A DNA stretch of 64,000 nucleotides from Marsupella aquatica (Eukaryota > Plantae > Marchantiophyta): assembly GCA_973895155.1 (NCBI GenBank), contig OZ316892.1, forward strand, positions 20,409,869-20,473,868, read 5' to 3'. Of the stretch, positions 62,861 through 64,000 are shown piece by piece. The notes beneath the pieces are model-generated. The model made no database searches and was not told the DNA's origin. It worked only from the letters and a program-made list of their open reading frames with translations. Numbering within the stretch: the stretch's first letter is position 1; each line of letters opens with the position of its first letter. Position numbers and translations under genes: made by a program.

Positions 62861-64000
62861 TTCCATGCAAGTAAAAGTGAAGCGCTCACTCATTTAAAAA
62901 CCTAAATGAACCTAAACTTGGAGTCACTGGCAGTGATTTGGTCTCTGTCAGTGATTTGGTCACTTACAGGTTTACATTAGGACAAAAGTATTAATAATAG
63001 TATATACACAGCAAATTTATGTCTTTGGCTCCAGCCCATTCCTCCCTAAACCACCATTGGCCATATAAAAGGAGAAGTGTCTAAGACTAATCACATTCTT
63101 CTCCACTAATGTAAGATTTTGCTCCACAATTTCAGTAAAAAGTACTGGAAATGGTGAATTCTATTTTTTGTCATGGCTAGTGACTCTTTAAACCACAACT
63201 GCCCATATATAAGGGGGAAGTGTCCAAAGACTTATTGCTTTCCACATTACATTCACTCCTTTCCTCTAAGGTGCCACTCTAAGGTGCCACTCTGCTCCAC
63301 TATTTTGGGAGCAATTTAGTGTTAATATTGAAATTTGGATCCTAGAGGTAACCCAGAGCTCTTGAAGCCGCAGCTTTGGTTTAATAAGTGCATCTACAAC
63401 TAACTCATTTCTCAAAGAAAGAAAGACTCAATCTTCCCACCTTCACCAAATATAGTGGGAGAGGCCTGCGAAGGTGCAATCGCTTTGTAGGCTCATCAAA
63501 TGGCGAGAACGCAATCCTTGGTTGACCAACACTCTTAGGCTACCGGATTGCCACTTGCGCCTGGGCATGGGAACGCAAGCTGAAGCAATTAGCCCCTTGC
63601 GACTGTAAAAGTGACGATCTTATCAAAGAAGAACTCACACGCCAAATGAATGATCTGTCGTTGGCAGGACACCAAGGCTCGACGAACACCAATGACACAA
63701 CGAGTGCTTTGCATCAGGTTAATTGCCTGGGAAACTCAAACGAAAGCGATCCCATTCGTCGCCATAGGATTTCTTCTGTATTGTCTCTAGCATTCCCCAA
63801 AAGTACGTAGAACCATGTCACGTGTACTAGGTGTTTGATCACGGATTCCAACACGTGAATGTCTTACTTGACTCTCATCGCACATCATTCATTAATGCAT
63901 ACATAGGACCTTGCCAACTCTTAGCTGGCTTGCTCGATAGTCAAATGTTCCACTATGTGTCCTAAACAAATCGAGCGGATGTGTAGAGCTCTGACTGTTA

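Noticed and set aside
1-64000. tRNA, rRNA or telomeric repeats
   Set aside because: No full cloverleaf, rRNA similarity or TTTAGGG array seen. The only tRNA-like sequence is in the SINE heads.

Overview
Eukaryotic land-plant genomic DNA that is gene-sparse and rich in transposable elements. A non-seed plant such as a bryophyte is my inference and is not proven. Host genes: two divergently oriented, intronless germin-like (cupin) paralogues (13574-14206 minus; 23457-24095 plus), a single-RRM PABP-like ORF (35583-36158 minus), a frameshifted methylesterase fragment (~31510-31745 minus), and a complete 8-exon MBOAT lysophospholipid acyltransferase (LPLAT/LPCAT, 55054-59412 plus) whose intron 4 has U12-type signals. 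Mobile DNA: a young, near full-length Ty1/copia element (1536-8000 minus; 344-bp LTRs, GATCA TSD, Met-tRNA PBS, PPT, damaged pol), several old copia remnants (some with TG..GA LTRs), a probable non-autonomous Helitron carrying minisatellites, two copies of a tRNA-like SINE, a foldback MITE and a CRE-like non-LTR fragment. Most notable: both germins replace the metal-ligand Glu with Lys, two perfect 21-bp hairpins lie side by side at 34059-34223, and an in-frame TGA sits exactly at the copia gag/pol boundary. I found no clearly supported novel multi-gene system.
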